A stretch of 64,000 nt of DNA from Myxococcota bacterium (GTDB lineage: Bacteria; Myxococcota_A; UBA9160; SZUA-336), in assembly GCA_965247115.1 (NCBI GenBank), contig CBDFGR010000002.1, positions 1,280,001 to 1,344,000 of the forward strand. The letters are read 5' to 3'. The notes beneath the pieces were generated by a model. It was not told where the DNA came from. It ran no database searches and saw only the letters and a program-made list of their open reading frames with translations. A program made the position numbers and the translations under genes. This document shows positions 51,376 through 61,612 of the stretch, one piece after another. Numbering within the stretch: position 1 is the first letter of the stretch; each line of letters starts with the position of its first letter.

Positions 51376-52290
51376 TTGCCCGACTTGCCCTCCATCGTTC
51401 AAGCCGCGCTGAAGAGCTGCGCGTCCAACGTCGGCCCGCTGATCGGGGTGGAGCTCGAGATCGGCGAGTTCGAGACGGAGACGAGCGAGACGATCCCGGA
51501 GGGCGAGCTCGCCGTGCTGCCGCTCTCGCTGCGCAGCGACGACGATCAGCCCGCCGCCGACGATCCAGTCGTCGGGCTCACGCTGAGCGTGCCGATCCAT
51601 GAGCTCGTAACCCTCGGTCGCCGCATGGCCGGCGATGAAGAGCCGGACAAGGAGCGCGAGATTTCTGGAGAAGACCTCGGGGCGTGCGCAGAGGTCCTGA
51701 CCGTGATGGGCAGTGCGATCGCCGAGTCGTTCCGAGAGCAGCTCGGAGGTCTCGAGCTGGAGGCGGGAGCCTGGTGGTCCACGAGCGAGCCCGAAGAGGC
51801 AGCCTTTCCCGACGGATCGCATCTATGCGGAAAGACCACCGTCGACGTTCCGGGCGGAACCGCCGTGGAGCTCACGCTGCGTGTGCCGGACAGCGTCCTC
51901 GAGCAGACCCTGGGAGTGCAGGCGGCGGCGGATCGAAGGGAGGTGCTACTCGTCGGAGTCGCCACCGAGCTCGCCCAGACCCTGCAGCCCATCCTGGACG
52001 CCGCCGAGCTCAATGTCGCGCTCGCCGATCCCAACGCCGAGGAGGCCACGATGAGCTACGAGACGGCCGACTTGCTGCTGCTCTCGGACGATCGGGACGA
52101 TGCGCTCGCGCTGCTGGGCAGCCTGCGGAAGGCGGACTCCACCTGGAGGAAGCCGTCGATCCTGTGCATGCGCGAGCCCACGCGAGACAGCGTCGTCCGC
52201 GCCATGGAGACCGGCGCCAGCTACGTGCTGAAGCTCCCGACAAGCACGGCCGAGCTGCAGAGGGCCCTCGCGACCCTCCGCAGCGACTGA
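51376..52290 (+). CDS. CheC/CheX-like domain fused to a receiver-like domain
   Basis: ACAEVLTVMGSA resembles the CheC ExxN segment; C-terminal AMETGASYVLKLP. Confidence 0.55.
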   Translation: MPDLPSIVQAALKSCASNVGPLIGVELEIGEFETETSETIPEGELAVLPLSLRSDDDQPAADDPVVGLTLSVPIHELVTLGRRMAGDEEPDKEREISGEDLGACAEVLTVMGSAIAESFREQLGGLELEAGAWWSTSEPEEAAFPDGSHLCGKTTVDVPGGTAVELTLRVPDSVLEQTLGVQAAADRREVLLVGVATELAQTLQPILDAAELNVALADPNAEEATMSYETADLLLLSDDRDDALALLGSLRKADSTWRKPSILCMREPTRDSVVRAMETGASYVLKLPTSTAELQRALATLRSD

Positions 52291-52346
52291 GCTCGTCACC
52301 GACCCGACGCTCCTGCTGCTACCATGGCCGCCCAGGAGGAGCTGTC

Positions 52347-52745
52347 ATGAGCAAGCCGGAGCGGGTCAACGTGGAGGGCCTGGGGAAGCTGCCCGTGTTT
52401 TCCCACGCCTCGATCGCTGGAGATCTCATCTTCGTCTCGGGAACGCTCGGTACGAAGTCCGGTTCGTTCGAGCTGGTCGCCGGGGGCATGGCCCCGGAGA
52501 CGACACAGACCCTGGAGAATATTCGCAGCATCCTGGCGGGTGCCGGCGCGAGCCTGGACGACATCGTCAAGGTGAACGTCTTCGTGACGGACATGAGCGC
52601 GTTCCCGGAGATGAACAAGGCCTACCTGGAGTTTTTTCCGGAAGACCCGCCTGCGCGGATCACGATCGGCTGTGCGGCGCTGGCGCTCGACGCAAAGATC
52701 GAGATCGACTGCATCGCCGCGAAGCCTAGGCCCGCGCGTTCGTAG
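52347..52745 (+). CDS. RidA/YjgF family protein
   Basis: FVSG, IVKVNVF, MNKAY, PPARIT, IEIDCIA; RBS AGGAGG. Confidence 0.9.
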   Translation: MSKPERVNVEGLGKLPVFSHASIAGDLIFVSGTLGTKSGSFELVAGGMAPETTQTLENIRSILAGAGASLDDIVKVNVFVTDMSAFPEMNKAYLEFFPEDPPARITIGCAALALDAKIEIDCIAAKPRPARS

Positions 52746-52751
52746 CGGGCG

Positions 52752-53462
52752 CTACGGGATCAGGTAGCTGGCGAGCGACTCGAGTCCTTCGCTGTCTGTA
52801 ATGGTGATGTAGCCCTGGTCGAAGCGAACCAGACCCTCGCTCGCCCAGGCACGCATCTGCTTGTTGATGCTCTCCCGAGTCGCTCCGACCAGCTCGCCGA
52901 GCTCGTGCTGCGAGAGTCGCAGCTCGATCAGCACGCCCGTTGGCGTCTCCTTGCCGTACGTCTGCGCCAGACCGACCAGCTTCTTCGCGAGACGAGAGGG
53001 GAGCGTCAAGAAGAGCGTGTCCTCCACGAGCTCGCTGAGCCGGCGCACCCGTCCGGCAAGCAACTGGGCCAGGTTGATGGCCACCTTCGGGTGCTTCTCG
53101 AGAAAGGGATTCAGGTCGCGCCGGTGCAGGGTAAGCAGCTCGCACGGCTCGATGGCCTCCGCGGTCGCCGAGACTGGGTATGAGTCCAGAAGAGAGATCT
53201 CGCCGATCACCTCGCCGGGATTACTGATGGAGAACACAATCTCCTTGCCCTCCTCACTCTCCCCGAGGATCCGCAGCCTGCCGCTCATGACTCCGTAGAG
53301 CTGGCGGTTCTCGTCTCCCTTCCGGATCAGAACCTCTTTCGCGCGAAGCCGCTTGGTCGTCGTGATCTCGACCAGCGCGTCGAGATCGCTCGGGTCGATC
53401 CCCTCGAAGATGGAGATATTGTGGAGCAGACGTCGGCGATCCACCCTCGCGGGCGCGGACAT
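52752..53462 (-). CDS. Crp/Fnr-family regulator
   Basis: IGEISLLD; LSQHELGELVGATRESINK HTH. Confidence 0.92.
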   Translation of the reverse strand: MSAPARVDRRRLLHNISIFEGIDPSDLDALVEITTTKRLRAKEVLIRKGDENRQLYGVMSGRLRILGESEEGKEIVFSISNPGEVIGEISLLDSYPVSATAEAIEPCELLTLHRRDLNPFLEKHPKVAINLAQLLAGRVRRLSELVEDTLFLTLPSRLAKKLVGLAQTYGKETPTGVLIELRLSQHELGELVGATRESINKQMRAWASEGLVRFDQGYITITDSEGLESLASYLIP

Positions 53463-53472
53463 GTTCGGCTTC

Positions 53473-54186
53473 CTAGCGCCCCAGATGCTCGCCGAAGAAG
53501 CTCTTCAGCTCGGCCCAGGCATCCTCCGCAGCCTTCGGCTCGTACGAGACGCGCTGATCGCAGAAGAAGCCGTGGTCGGCGTCCGCGTAGTTCTTGAGCT
53601 TGTAGTTCTTCCCCAGCTCTCGGAGCTTGGTGTCGACCGCGCCGACCTGCTCTTGCGGAATGAACGCGTCCTTCTGGCCAAAGAACAGGTAGAGGGGCGC
53701 GCGGATCTTGTCGGCCTGGTCCAGTAGCGCATCGATCCCGCCGCCGTAGAACGGCGCCGCCGCGGAGATCCGATCCGGCAGGGCGCAGGCCGAGAGGAAC
53801 GCGAGACGCCCACCCATGCAAAACCCCGTGCAGCCGAGCTTCGCGCTGTCCACGTTGTCTCTTCCCGACAGCTCGTCGAGCGTCGCGCGCATGTCCTCGA
53901 TGAAGCCGCCGTCGTCGAGCTTCTGCATGAGCTCGATGGCCTGGTCGAGCTGGTCGTACCCAACCTTGTTGTTCGGTAGCTCTCGGTAGTAGACGTCGGG
54001 GGCCACGGCAACGTAGCCCTCCTCCGCCAGCCGATCGGCCACACTCTCGATGTGCGGCACGAGCCCGAAGGCCTCGATCAGCACGACGACGGCCGGGTGG
54101 GGCCCGGCGCCTTCGGGCTCGGCGAGGTGAGCAGGCATGACGCCGGCGGGCGTCGTGATTTCGATCTTGCTGGTGCGGATAGCCAT
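53473..54186 (-). CDS. Dienelactone hydrolase
   Basis: EAFG, GFCMGG, HGFFCD; RBS GAGGAGG. Confidence 0.92.
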   Translation of the reverse strand: MAIRTSKIEITTPAGVMPAHLAEPEGAGPHPAVVVLIEAFGLVPHIESVADRLAEEGYVAVAPDVYYRELPNNKVGYDQLDQAIELMQKLDDGGFIEDMRATLDELSGRDNVDSAKLGCTGFCMGGRLAFLSACALPDRISAAAPFYGGGIDALLDQADKIRAPLYLFFGQKDAFIPQEQVGAVDTKLRELGKNYKLKNYADADHGFFCDQRVSYEPKAAEDAWAELKSFFGEHLGR

Positions 54187-54275
54187 CGGGATCCTCCTCG
54201 TTGGAATTTCCCCGAGTATACTGTGAGCGTCCCGCACCCTACCTAACCGCCGCACCCCGGGGTATGGTACAGCCC

Positions 54276-55496
54276 ATGCGGGAGCGCCCAGGCAGCGGGA
54301 TCCGAAGACGCGAGTTCCTCCGGGGTGGAGTGGCCGCAACACTGGGGGCGGCGTTGCCGCTTTCGGGTCGGGCGGCCGATCCGAGTCCGGTAGCGCGGGG
54401 GTTCCGGCGTCTTGGCCGAACCGACCTGGAGGTCTCGGACATCTCCTTCGGCTCCAGCCGCAGCGGCGACCCCCGACTCGTCGAGCACGCGCTCGAGCGC
54501 GGGATCAACTACTTCGACACGGCCGAGTCGTATCGCGGGGGTGTAGCAGAGACAGCCATCGGACGGGCTCTCCGCGGCCGCAAACGCGAGAGCGTCAGCC
54601 TGGCCTCGAAGACGGTGGCGGGACGCAACGAGAGTGCCGACGAGCTCATGCGCGCGCTCGACGGCAGTCTGCGCCGCCTGCAGACGGACCGGATCGAGGT
54701 CTACTTCAACCACTCGGTCAACGACCCCCGGCGACTCGACAACCCGGAGTGGTACGAGTTCGTCGCGCGAGCCAAGAAGGCCGGGAAGATCCTGTTCAGT
54801 GGAATGTCGGGACACGGTGGCCGACTCGGAGAGTGCCTCGACCACGCCCTCGAGAACGACCTGGTCGACGTCATTCTCGTCGCATACAACTTCGGACAGG
54901 ACCCGAGGTTTTACGAGAATTTCACGCGCGGCTTCGATCTCGTTGCCAACCAGCCAGAGCTACCTGCCCTGCTCGAGAGAGCGCGTGCGCAGGACGTCGG
55001 CGTCGTCGCCATGAAGACGCTGATGGGCGCCAGGCTGAACGACTTGCGCCCCTACGAGACCAGCGACGGGACCTTTGCCCAGGCAGCGTTTCGCTGGGTG
55101 CTCTCGAACCCGAACGTCGACGCGCTGATCATCTCGATGAAGAGCGTCGAGATGATCGACGAGTACCTCGGAGCATCCGGCAGCGGTCCGGTGCGCACGA
55201 CGGATCTGGAGCTGCTCGAGCGCTACGCCTCGCGGAACAGCGCGGCGCACTGCCGCCAGGGCTGCAACGCGTGCGCAGGGGCCTGCCCGCACGACGTGGC
55301 GATCCCAGAGGTCCTGCGCACGCGCATGTACGCGACGGACTACGAGGACCTTGCTTACGCTCGGGAGGACTACGCGAAGCTCGGGGCAGGCGCGGGCGCC
55401 TGCGAGAGCTGCACGCATCAGGCCTGCCTCGGATCGTGTCCCTACGGTCTGGAGATCGCTCAGCTCACACGCTCCGCTCACGGGCTGCTGGCGTGA
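54276..55496 (+). CDS. Aldo/keto reductase with Tat signal and C-terminal Fe-S cluster
   Basis: RRREFL, GINYFDTAESY, CRQGCNACAGACP, CESC...CLGSCPY. Confidence 0.88.
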   Translation: MRERPGSGIRRREFLRGGVAATLGAALPLSGRAADPSPVARGFRRLGRTDLEVSDISFGSSRSGDPRLVEHALERGINYFDTAESYRGGVAETAIGRALRGRKRESVSLASKTVAGRNESADELMRALDGSLRRLQTDRIEVYFNHSVNDPRRLDNPEWYEFVARAKKAGKILFSGMSGHGGRLGECLDHALENDLVDVILVAYNFGQDPRFYENFTRGFDLVANQPELPALLERARAQDVGVVAMKTLMGARLNDLRPYETSDGTFAQAAFRWVLSNPNVDALIISMKSVEMIDEYLGASGSGPVRTTDLELLERYASRNSAAHCRQGCNACAGACPHDVAIPEVLRTRMYATDYEDLAYAREDYAKLGAGAGACESCTHQACLGSCPYGLEIAQLTRSAHGLLA

Positions 55497-56757
55497 CGAT
55501 GAGCTGATCGAGGGGCGCTGCAGCAGCGCTGCTCGGGAACACATGCTGCTCGAGCGCGCCCGGCGGGACGCCGAGGTGATCGCGCAGCACGCCCTTGAAC
55601 AGGGAGCGGGCATCGAGGGTCGGCATGAGATCGCGCCCCTCGTAGAGCGCTCTCTTGCGGATTCCCGGCCAGTCCGACACGACCCGTCCGCCCCGGACCG
55701 CGCCACCCAGCAGGAAGGCCGCGCCTGCCGTACCGTGGTCCGTTCCCCGCGTGCCGTTCTCCCCCACCGTCCGACCGAACTCCGAAACCACGATCACGGC
55801 AGTCCGCGACCACGCGGGTCCCAGACCCTGTCGGAGCGTCGTCACCCCGCTGTCGAGGCTCGCGAGCTGCGTCGCCAGCCTGCCCTGTCCGGCCCCCTGG
55901 TTCGCATGCGTGTCCCAGCCACCAAACTCGAGCACGGCGATCCGCGGACCGTCTGGCGCGCTGAGGAAGGCGGCGGCGGCCCGAGCCAACGCTGCGAAGG
56001 CGACCCGGCCGGCGCGGCGTCCGCGCCCTGGTGTTGCACGGAGCGCCCGTTTTGCCATCTCGTCGGTAGCGAGCGCCTGGCGCAACCGCGCGGCAAAGAA
56101 CGCATCATCGCGGTAGAGGTCAAGGAGACGCGCGAGCGTGTCGGGATCCAGCGACGGCAACGGCGAGGGAGCCCACGACTCGACCGGCACGTCGCCCCGC
56201 AGCACCATGGGCACGCTCTGTGTGAGAGCCATGGCCGGTGGGCCTACCCCGGCAACGACCCCGCCCGATCGTGCGAGCAGCGCTCGGTTGAGCCAGCCGC
56301 TGCCCGCGTGGGGGACGGCAGTGCCGTTCTCGAGGATGTCCTGGCCGTCGATGTGGGAGCGCTCGCGATACGAGGTCGCGATCGCCTGAAGCACCACGAG
56401 CTCGCCCGTCTGATGGAGGCCATGAAGGGTGTTTAGAGCGGGATGCAGCCCGAACGTGCCGTCGAGCTTCAGCACACCGCCCACCTCTCCGGGAGCGGCC
56501 AGGGCGAGCCCCTCGCGGGTCCGCTCGTAGCTCGACTCCCCGTACGGTGGCACCGCTGCGAGTCCGTCCATTCCACCGCGCAGGATCACGAGCACGAACC
56601 GAGCCTCCGACTGTGTACGAGCGAGAGAGAGCCCCGGCAGCAATCCGAGGGCTGCAAGGGATCCAGCCCCTTCCAGGAAGTGTCGTCGCGTGAGCGACAT
56701 CTTCCGCGTCAGCGACATCTTCCGCGCGAGCGACATCTTCCGCGCGAGCGACATCAT
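55465..56757 (-). CDS. DUF1501 Tat-exported protein
   Basis: TRRHFL, LRGGMDGL, RSH, GWDTH, SEFGRT, GTDHG. Confidence 0.9.
   Translation of the reverse strand: MMSLARKMSLARKMSLTRKMSLTRRHFLEGAGSLAALGLLPGLSLARTQSEARFVLVILRGGMDGLAAVPPYGESSYERTREGLALAAPGEVGGVLKLDGTFGLHPALNTLHGLHQTGELVVLQAIATSYRERSHIDGQDILENGTAVPHAGSGWLNRALLARSGGVVAGVGPPAMALTQSVPMVLRGDVPVESWAPSPLPSLDPDTLARLLDLYRDDAFFAARLRQALATDEMAKRALRATPGRGRRAGRVAFAALARAAAAFLSAPDGPRIAVLEFGGWDTHANQGAGQGRLATQLASLDSGVTTLRQGLGPAWSRTAVIVVSEFGRTVGENGTRGTDHGTAGAAFLLGGAVRGGRVVSDWPGIRKRALYEGRDLMPTLDARSLFKGVLRDHLGVPPGALEQHVFPSSAAAAPLDQLIVTPAARERSV
56687..56754 (-). repeat. 18-bp tandem repeat x4 encoding MSL(A/T)R(K/R)
   Basis: Unit ATGTCGCTCGCGCGGAAG with minor variants. 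Confidence 0.92.
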
Positions 56758-58166
56758 CTGCGCTGGAACTCGGGGCTACCGAGCAGCAGCGCCATCGCCT
56801 GCCCTCGGTCCCTTGCACCTTCCAACGCCCGAGACGTCGCGCTGCTCAGCAGCGGCCCGAGGGCACTCGCGGCGACCTGTGTCGGACTCGCGCTGTCTCG
56901 ACGTCCGAACACGGCCGACCACTCGAGCCTCTTCAGCAGCGCGTCCGCCCCATCCCAGCTCGCAGACCTGTCCCCCCAGCCCGCGGGTGAGGGCGCAGCG
57001 AAGGGTGGCTGACTCAGCAGGCGGAGCGAACCGATCAGCTGGCGCTCGCGTGGAGCTTCGACACCGGTGGCACGAAAGGCCGAGACCACGAACTCCTGGG
57101 GACTCTTGAGCTTGGTGGCGGGGAGTCGCCAGGCCTCTGGGCTCGACGTGAGCGCGGCCGAGACCCTCGCGAGATCGCCCTCTGTTTCTCGAAATACATG
57201 CGCGACGCGCTCGACCACCGGGGGCGGAGGATCATCGGACACGAAGTGCCGCACGAGTTTGGTCGCGAGCAAGCGCGCAGTCGCCGGATGAGCCGCCAGG
57301 TCGCGCAGCACGGCGACGCCCTGCTCGAGGCCTGTATCTGGATAGCTCCGCCCAAGCAGCGTCTTGCGACCGGGCTCGTGAGCCGGGGAAAGGAACGCAA
57401 AGCGGCCGGCTCGTCCTGTCGTGAACCTCCGACCGTCCCTTCCCACAGTCCAGCCCGTGATCACCTCCGCAAAGCGGGTCACGTCTGCCTGCGTGTACCC
57501 CCCATCCACGCCGAGCGTGTGCAGCTCGAGGATCTCGCGCGCGAGGTTCTCGTTCAGGCCGCGCTTGCGTCCGCGTGCGCGTCTTGCTGCTCTGGAGTGG
57601 GGACCGATGGAGGACTGGTTGTCGAGGTAGATGAGCATGGCGGGGTGCGTCTCGACCGCGAGCAGCATGTCGACGAACCGACCGGTGACATACGGCCGGA
57701 TCGCCTCGTTCTCGAAGCTCACCGCCACACTCGAGAGCAAGGGCTCGCCGACCACCGAGACGGTGAAGTGGTTCGACCAGAAGTGCACGAGCCGCTCACG
57801 GAAGGGCTCGGAGGTGTTGATCGCCGCCAGCGTCCGCGCCGCGGTCTGCTCGAGGTAGCCGCGCTGCTGGGCCATGCGGAAGCCGCGCATCCTCGAGCGG
57901 AGCGCGGCCGAGGGCGGGGACTCACTCTTCTGGCGCTTCTTGCCGCGCATCTGGCGCCGCTCGGAGCGTAGCTCCTGTGCAGCGACCAGCTGCTCGTGGG
58001 AGGGAGCGAGGTCTTCCAGCTCCGCCGGAAGGGGTCGTCGACGGCCCAGCTGAGCTTCGAGCCAGCCCCTCGGGTCGGACCCGATGGCCGCGAGCTCGCC
58101 GGGACGCGCACCCAGGCCGAAGCGGTTCGCCGCAATGGCTGCGCGCGGGTTGCCGTCTGTCTTCAC
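56754..58166 (-). CDS. DUF1800 protein
   Basis: ERLVHFWSNHF, NENLAREILELHTLG, SPEFQRR; coupled to DUF1501. Confidence 0.92.
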   Translation of the reverse strand: MKTDGNPRAAIAANRFGLGARPGELAAIGSDPRGWLEAQLGRRRPLPAELEDLAPSHEQLVAAQELRSERRQMRGKKRQKSESPPSAALRSRMRGFRMAQQRGYLEQTAARTLAAINTSEPFRERLVHFWSNHFTVSVVGEPLLSSVAVSFENEAIRPYVTGRFVDMLLAVETHPAMLIYLDNQSSIGPHSRAARRARGRKRGLNENLAREILELHTLGVDGGYTQADVTRFAEVITGWTVGRDGRRFTTGRAGRFAFLSPAHEPGRKTLLGRSYPDTGLEQGVAVLRDLAAHPATARLLATKLVRHFVSDDPPPPVVERVAHVFRETEGDLARVSAALTSSPEAWRLPATKLKSPQEFVVSAFRATGVEAPRERQLIGSLRLLSQPPFAAPSPAGWGDRSASWDGADALLKRLEWSAVFGRRDSASPTQVAASALGPLLSSATSRALEGARDRGQAMALLLGSPEFQRR

Positions 58167-58281
58167 GCGCTCTCCTCCTTCGCCCCCTTGAACCGTCGGG
58201 CCGGTCTGCCGTTGCGCGCCACAACCTGCTGGCCGCTCGACGGTTGGACCTCATGAGCCGTGCAGTAAGATCCGGAACGCC

Positions 58282-59133
58282 ATGCGCCTGCCAGCAAAGA
58301 CTGGGCTCGGAGCCCTCGCGGTCGGTCTCCTCGCGGGAGTGCTCGCTCTCGTGTTGTGGCGCGATGTGCGCTCCGAGGTCGCTCCGGAGCCGACTGCCGC
58401 CCTGCCCGTGCCAGCCCCGGTCGCGTCAGGTCTCCCGCCGGTCGCCAGCACAACGTCCGAGGACATGGATCTACTGCGGGAGGTTCTCGCCGCCGAGGTC
58501 GCGGCACGCGAGGAGCTCGCGATCGAGGTCGACGAGCTGCACGAGGAGCTTGCGAGCTTGCGCAGCGAGCGAGAACGCTCGGTCGCGGAAGGCGTCCCCC
58601 GTGGAGCAGGCTTCTCCCGCCAGAGGCGCTTCTCAGAGGACCGGCTGCTGGAAGCCGGGCTCGATCGGAACCGCGCGGACCAGCTCCGCGAAGTCTACGA
58701 GCGAAACCAGCTCGACTTGATGAACCTGCGTGACCAGGCAATCCGCGAGGGGGTCGAGGGCGGTGGCGGCTTCGGGCAGATCTGGGAAGCGAGGGCCCAG
58801 CAGACAGCAGCCCTGCAAGAAGAGCTGGGACTCGAGCTGTACGACTTGATGCTCTACGGAGCGGGCCAGCCAAACCGGCTGGTCGTGCGCGACGTCCTGC
58901 CGGGCTCAAACGGGGAGATCGGCGGGCTGCAAGAAGGCGACATCATCCGCAGCTACGACGACCAGCCGGTCTTCGGCATGCAGGAGCTGCGCTATCTCAT
59001 GGCCCAGGGGGAACGACAGACGGCCGTCGACGTCGGTGTGGAGCGCGCGGGTTCCTCCACGACGGTGGAAGTCACCCCCGGTCCGATCGGCGTCAGGCTG
59101 CGTCCGGCCTGGCGCCAGCCGGAGACTCCCTAG
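58282..59133 (+). CDS. Membrane-anchored coiled-coil PDZ protein
   Basis: N-terminal TM; VLPGS...GLQEGDII. Confidence 0.75.
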   Translation: MRLPAKTGLGALAVGLLAGVLALVLWRDVRSEVAPEPTAALPVPAPVASGLPPVASTTSEDMDLLREVLAAEVAAREELAIEVDELHEELASLRSERERSVAEGVPRGAGFSRQRRFSEDRLLEAGLDRNRADQLREVYERNQLDLMNLRDQAIREGVEGGGGFGQIWEARAQQTAALQEELGLELYDLMLYGAGQPNRLVVRDVLPGSNGEIGGLQEGDIIRSYDDQPVFGMQELRYLMAQGERQTAVDVGVERAGSSTTVEVTPGPIGVRLRPAWRQPETP

Positions 59134-59141
59134 CCGCGAGC

Positions 59142-59699
59142 TCAGCCGAGCTTGCCCGCTGCAGCGATGATCTCAGCAGGTGCAGGGCGCTCCTGGTAGC
59201 CTTCGTGGCGCAGCTTGAAGCGGATGATGCCGCTTCGATCCACGATGAAGATCGTCGGGTGCGGGATGCCGCTCGTCCGGCCCGTTGCCTCCTTGTTCCT
59301 CACGCCATAGGCGTCGATCGTCATGCTGGCGGGATCCGAGAGCATTGTGTACTCGATACCGCGCTCTCGCGAGAACTTGGCCAGCACGCTCCTGGCGTCG
59401 TAGCTGATCCCGACGAGCCGCACTCCACTGGCATTGATCGCCGACAGATTGTCCTGCAGTTCAACTAACTGCTTCTTGCAGTAGGGTCACCAGTCCGCCG
59501 ATCGAAAGAAGACGATCGCAACGGGGCCAGTAGCGAGCAGCGCGTTCAGCGACTGCGTCTCCCCCGACTGGTCTTCCAGGGAGAAGGTGGGCGCCTGCTG
59601 GCCCGTGGCGAGACCGACCTCCTCGTCAGCCTGGACCGGCGCCCCCGCCAACAACAGGCCAAGGAGTGGAGCCATCATCTTGAAGGCGTACTTTCTCAC
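59142..59699 (-). CDS. Exported peroxiredoxin-like protein with in-frame UGA at 59487-59489, probable selenoprotein
   Basis: Signal peptide, APTFSL, IVFFRSADW-UGA-PYCKKQL in frame with ORF 59142..59423. Confidence 0.85.
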
Positions 59700-59768
59700 G
59701 AGCGACCCTCCCCGAGGCCTCTCACGGCCTCTCATCAGCATCCCTACGCTCCAGACCCCCGCCGGGTT

Positions 59769-61505
59769 TCACTCAGGGGCCACAGAGCCCCGCCCGACGA
59801 GATCCCGGGCGCGGGTCAGTGCCCGACGCGCGCTGACGAAGATACCGGGCTCCGACTCGAATAGGCAGTCCTCGCCAATCAGGTCGACGATCCCGAAGGC
59901 GCGCAGGACCTGGGCCAGCTCGGGTCGAACCCCGCAGAGCAGCACGTAGGCCCCCCGCTCGCGCGCCTCCTGGCAGAACTGCTCGAGAACCGAGAGAACC
60001 GTCGAGTCCATCGAAAGGGTGCGCTTGAGGCGCAGCACGATCGCCCCGGCACGGGCGGTGCCACTCGTCAGCCGATCTTGCAACGCATCCGCTACGCCAA
60101 AGAAGAGGTTTCCCTCGAGCTGAAGAAAGACGACGGGCGGAGCCGGGACGCCGATCCCCAGTGCCCGCTCCGCAAACGAGCCATCGGGCGCCTGGACCAT
60201 CTCGACCAGGTGCAGCTGGCTCGACCGCTGCAAGTAGAGCGAAATGTTCAGCAGGATGCCGACGAAGACCGCGTACGTGAGCGGCAGGAAGAGCGTCGCG
60301 CCGAGTGTCGTAAGACACACGAACGTGTCGGATCGATACGCCCGGGACATGCGCACAATCGCCCGCCAGTCCACAAGCTCGTAGGAAATCACGAACAGGA
60401 TCGCGGCCAGGCTAGCCAGCGGGATGTAGCCCGCCAGCGGCGAGAACACGAGCAGGATCGCGGCCACAAACAGGCCGTTGAAGACGCCGGAGTAGAGCGT
60501 GGCGGCCCCGGCCTGAACGTTGAGCGCGGAGCGCGAGAAGCTCCCGGACCCCGGAATGCACTGAAACAAGCTCGAGAGGGCGTTTGTCAGCCCCTGGCTC
60601 ATGAGCTCCTGGTTCGGCCTGATCCTTTGCCCCGTCTGCCCCGAGATCGTCTTCCCGATCGAGAAGACCTCGAGCAGTCCAAGCAGGCTCAGCGCGAAGG
60701 CTCCGCCGAGCAGGGCCTCGGTCGCGGACCAGCTGAAAAGAGGGAGCTGGAACGGCGGGAGACCGTAGGGGAGTGGCTGAATCAGCGGCAGGTTCGCCCC
60801 GGTCCAGCCAGCGAGGGCTACTGCCGCAGCACCGGCACACATCGCCGCGAGCGCAGAGGGTACACGTCGTGGAAGACGGCGGCCGAGCAGCACAATCGCG
60901 AGCGAGAGGACGCCAACGCTCACGGACGGTCCGCTGACCTCGGACAGGTGGGGACCCGCCCGCAGGATGGCTCCCACAAGCCCGGGCCAGTCCGCCACGC
61001 CACGTGGGGACGGGATGCCCAGGAAGCCGGGGACCTGCCCGACCGCAATCAAGATGCCCGCGCCCGCGGTAAAGCCCACGATCACCGACTGGCTGACAAA
61101 GCGGACCGCGGTGCCGAGTCCGATTCCGGCGAGGCCGACCTGCATCAGTCCCTTGAGCAGGGTCAGCAGCACCACGAGCTGCAGATAGCGCGCTTCGTGC
61201 TCACCGGGCGGCAGGTCCCCGAGCTGGCCCATCACGCGCGCCACGACCGCAGCGACGAGCAACGCCTGGGTGTTGACCGGACCCACCGACAGAAACGGCT
61301 GCGAGTTCAGCAACGAGCCGATCAGACACTGCACAATCAGCGTATAGAGCCCGTACTCGGGCGGGACTCCCGCGATCAGCGCCAGTGCCAGGGCCTGAGG
61401 TACGGCGACGACCGCGACCGTCAGCCCCGCGACGAGGTCCCTCGTCAGCTTGGCAAGCGTATAGTCGCGCGCCGCGTCGACCGGCTGGCGCAGCATTTCG
61501 AGCAC
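59769..61505 (-). CDS. sulP: SulP-family anion transporter with STAS domain
   Basis: DLVAGLTVAVVAVPQ, NQEL, SGSFSRS, LEGNLFFG. Confidence 0.92.
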   Translation of the reverse strand: MLEMLRQPVDAARDYTLAKLTRDLVAGLTVAVVAVPQALALALIAGVPPEYGLYTLIVQCLIGSLLNSQPFLSVGPVNTQALLVAAVVARVMGQLGDLPPGEHEARYLQLVVLLTLLKGLMQVGLAGIGLGTAVRFVSQSVIVGFTAGAGILIAVGQVPGFLGIPSPRGVADWPGLVGAILRAGPHLSEVSGPSVSVGVLSLAIVLLGRRLPRRVPSALAAMCAGAAAVALAGWTGANLPLIQPLPYGLPPFQLPLFSWSATEALLGGAFALSLLGLLEVFSIGKTISGQTGQRIRPNQELMSQGLTNALSSLFQCIPGSGSFSRSALNVQAGAATLYSGVFNGLFVAAILLVFSPLAGYIPLASLAAILFVISYELVDWRAIVRMSRAYRSDTFVCLTTLGATLFLPLTYAVFVGILLNISLYLQRSSQLHLVEMVQAPDGSFAERALGIGVPAPPVVFLQLEGNLFFGVADALQDRLTSGTARAGAIVLRLKRTLSMDSTVLSVLEQFCQEARERGAYVLLCGVRPELAQVLRAFGIVDLIGEDCLFESEPGIFVSARRALTRARDLVGRGSVAPE

Positions 61506-61612
61506 GGCGTGGCGTCTACCTTCCCAACCGGGTCATGAGTCGGTCACTGGGTAGTCAGCTCCATGCGGGCGAAAGCATACCTCCGCGACCGCCGGCCTTC
61601 ATCGACAGAGAC

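Noticed and set aside
56687..56754. CRISPR-like repeats
   Set aside because: Contiguous coding repeats without spacers; no cas genes
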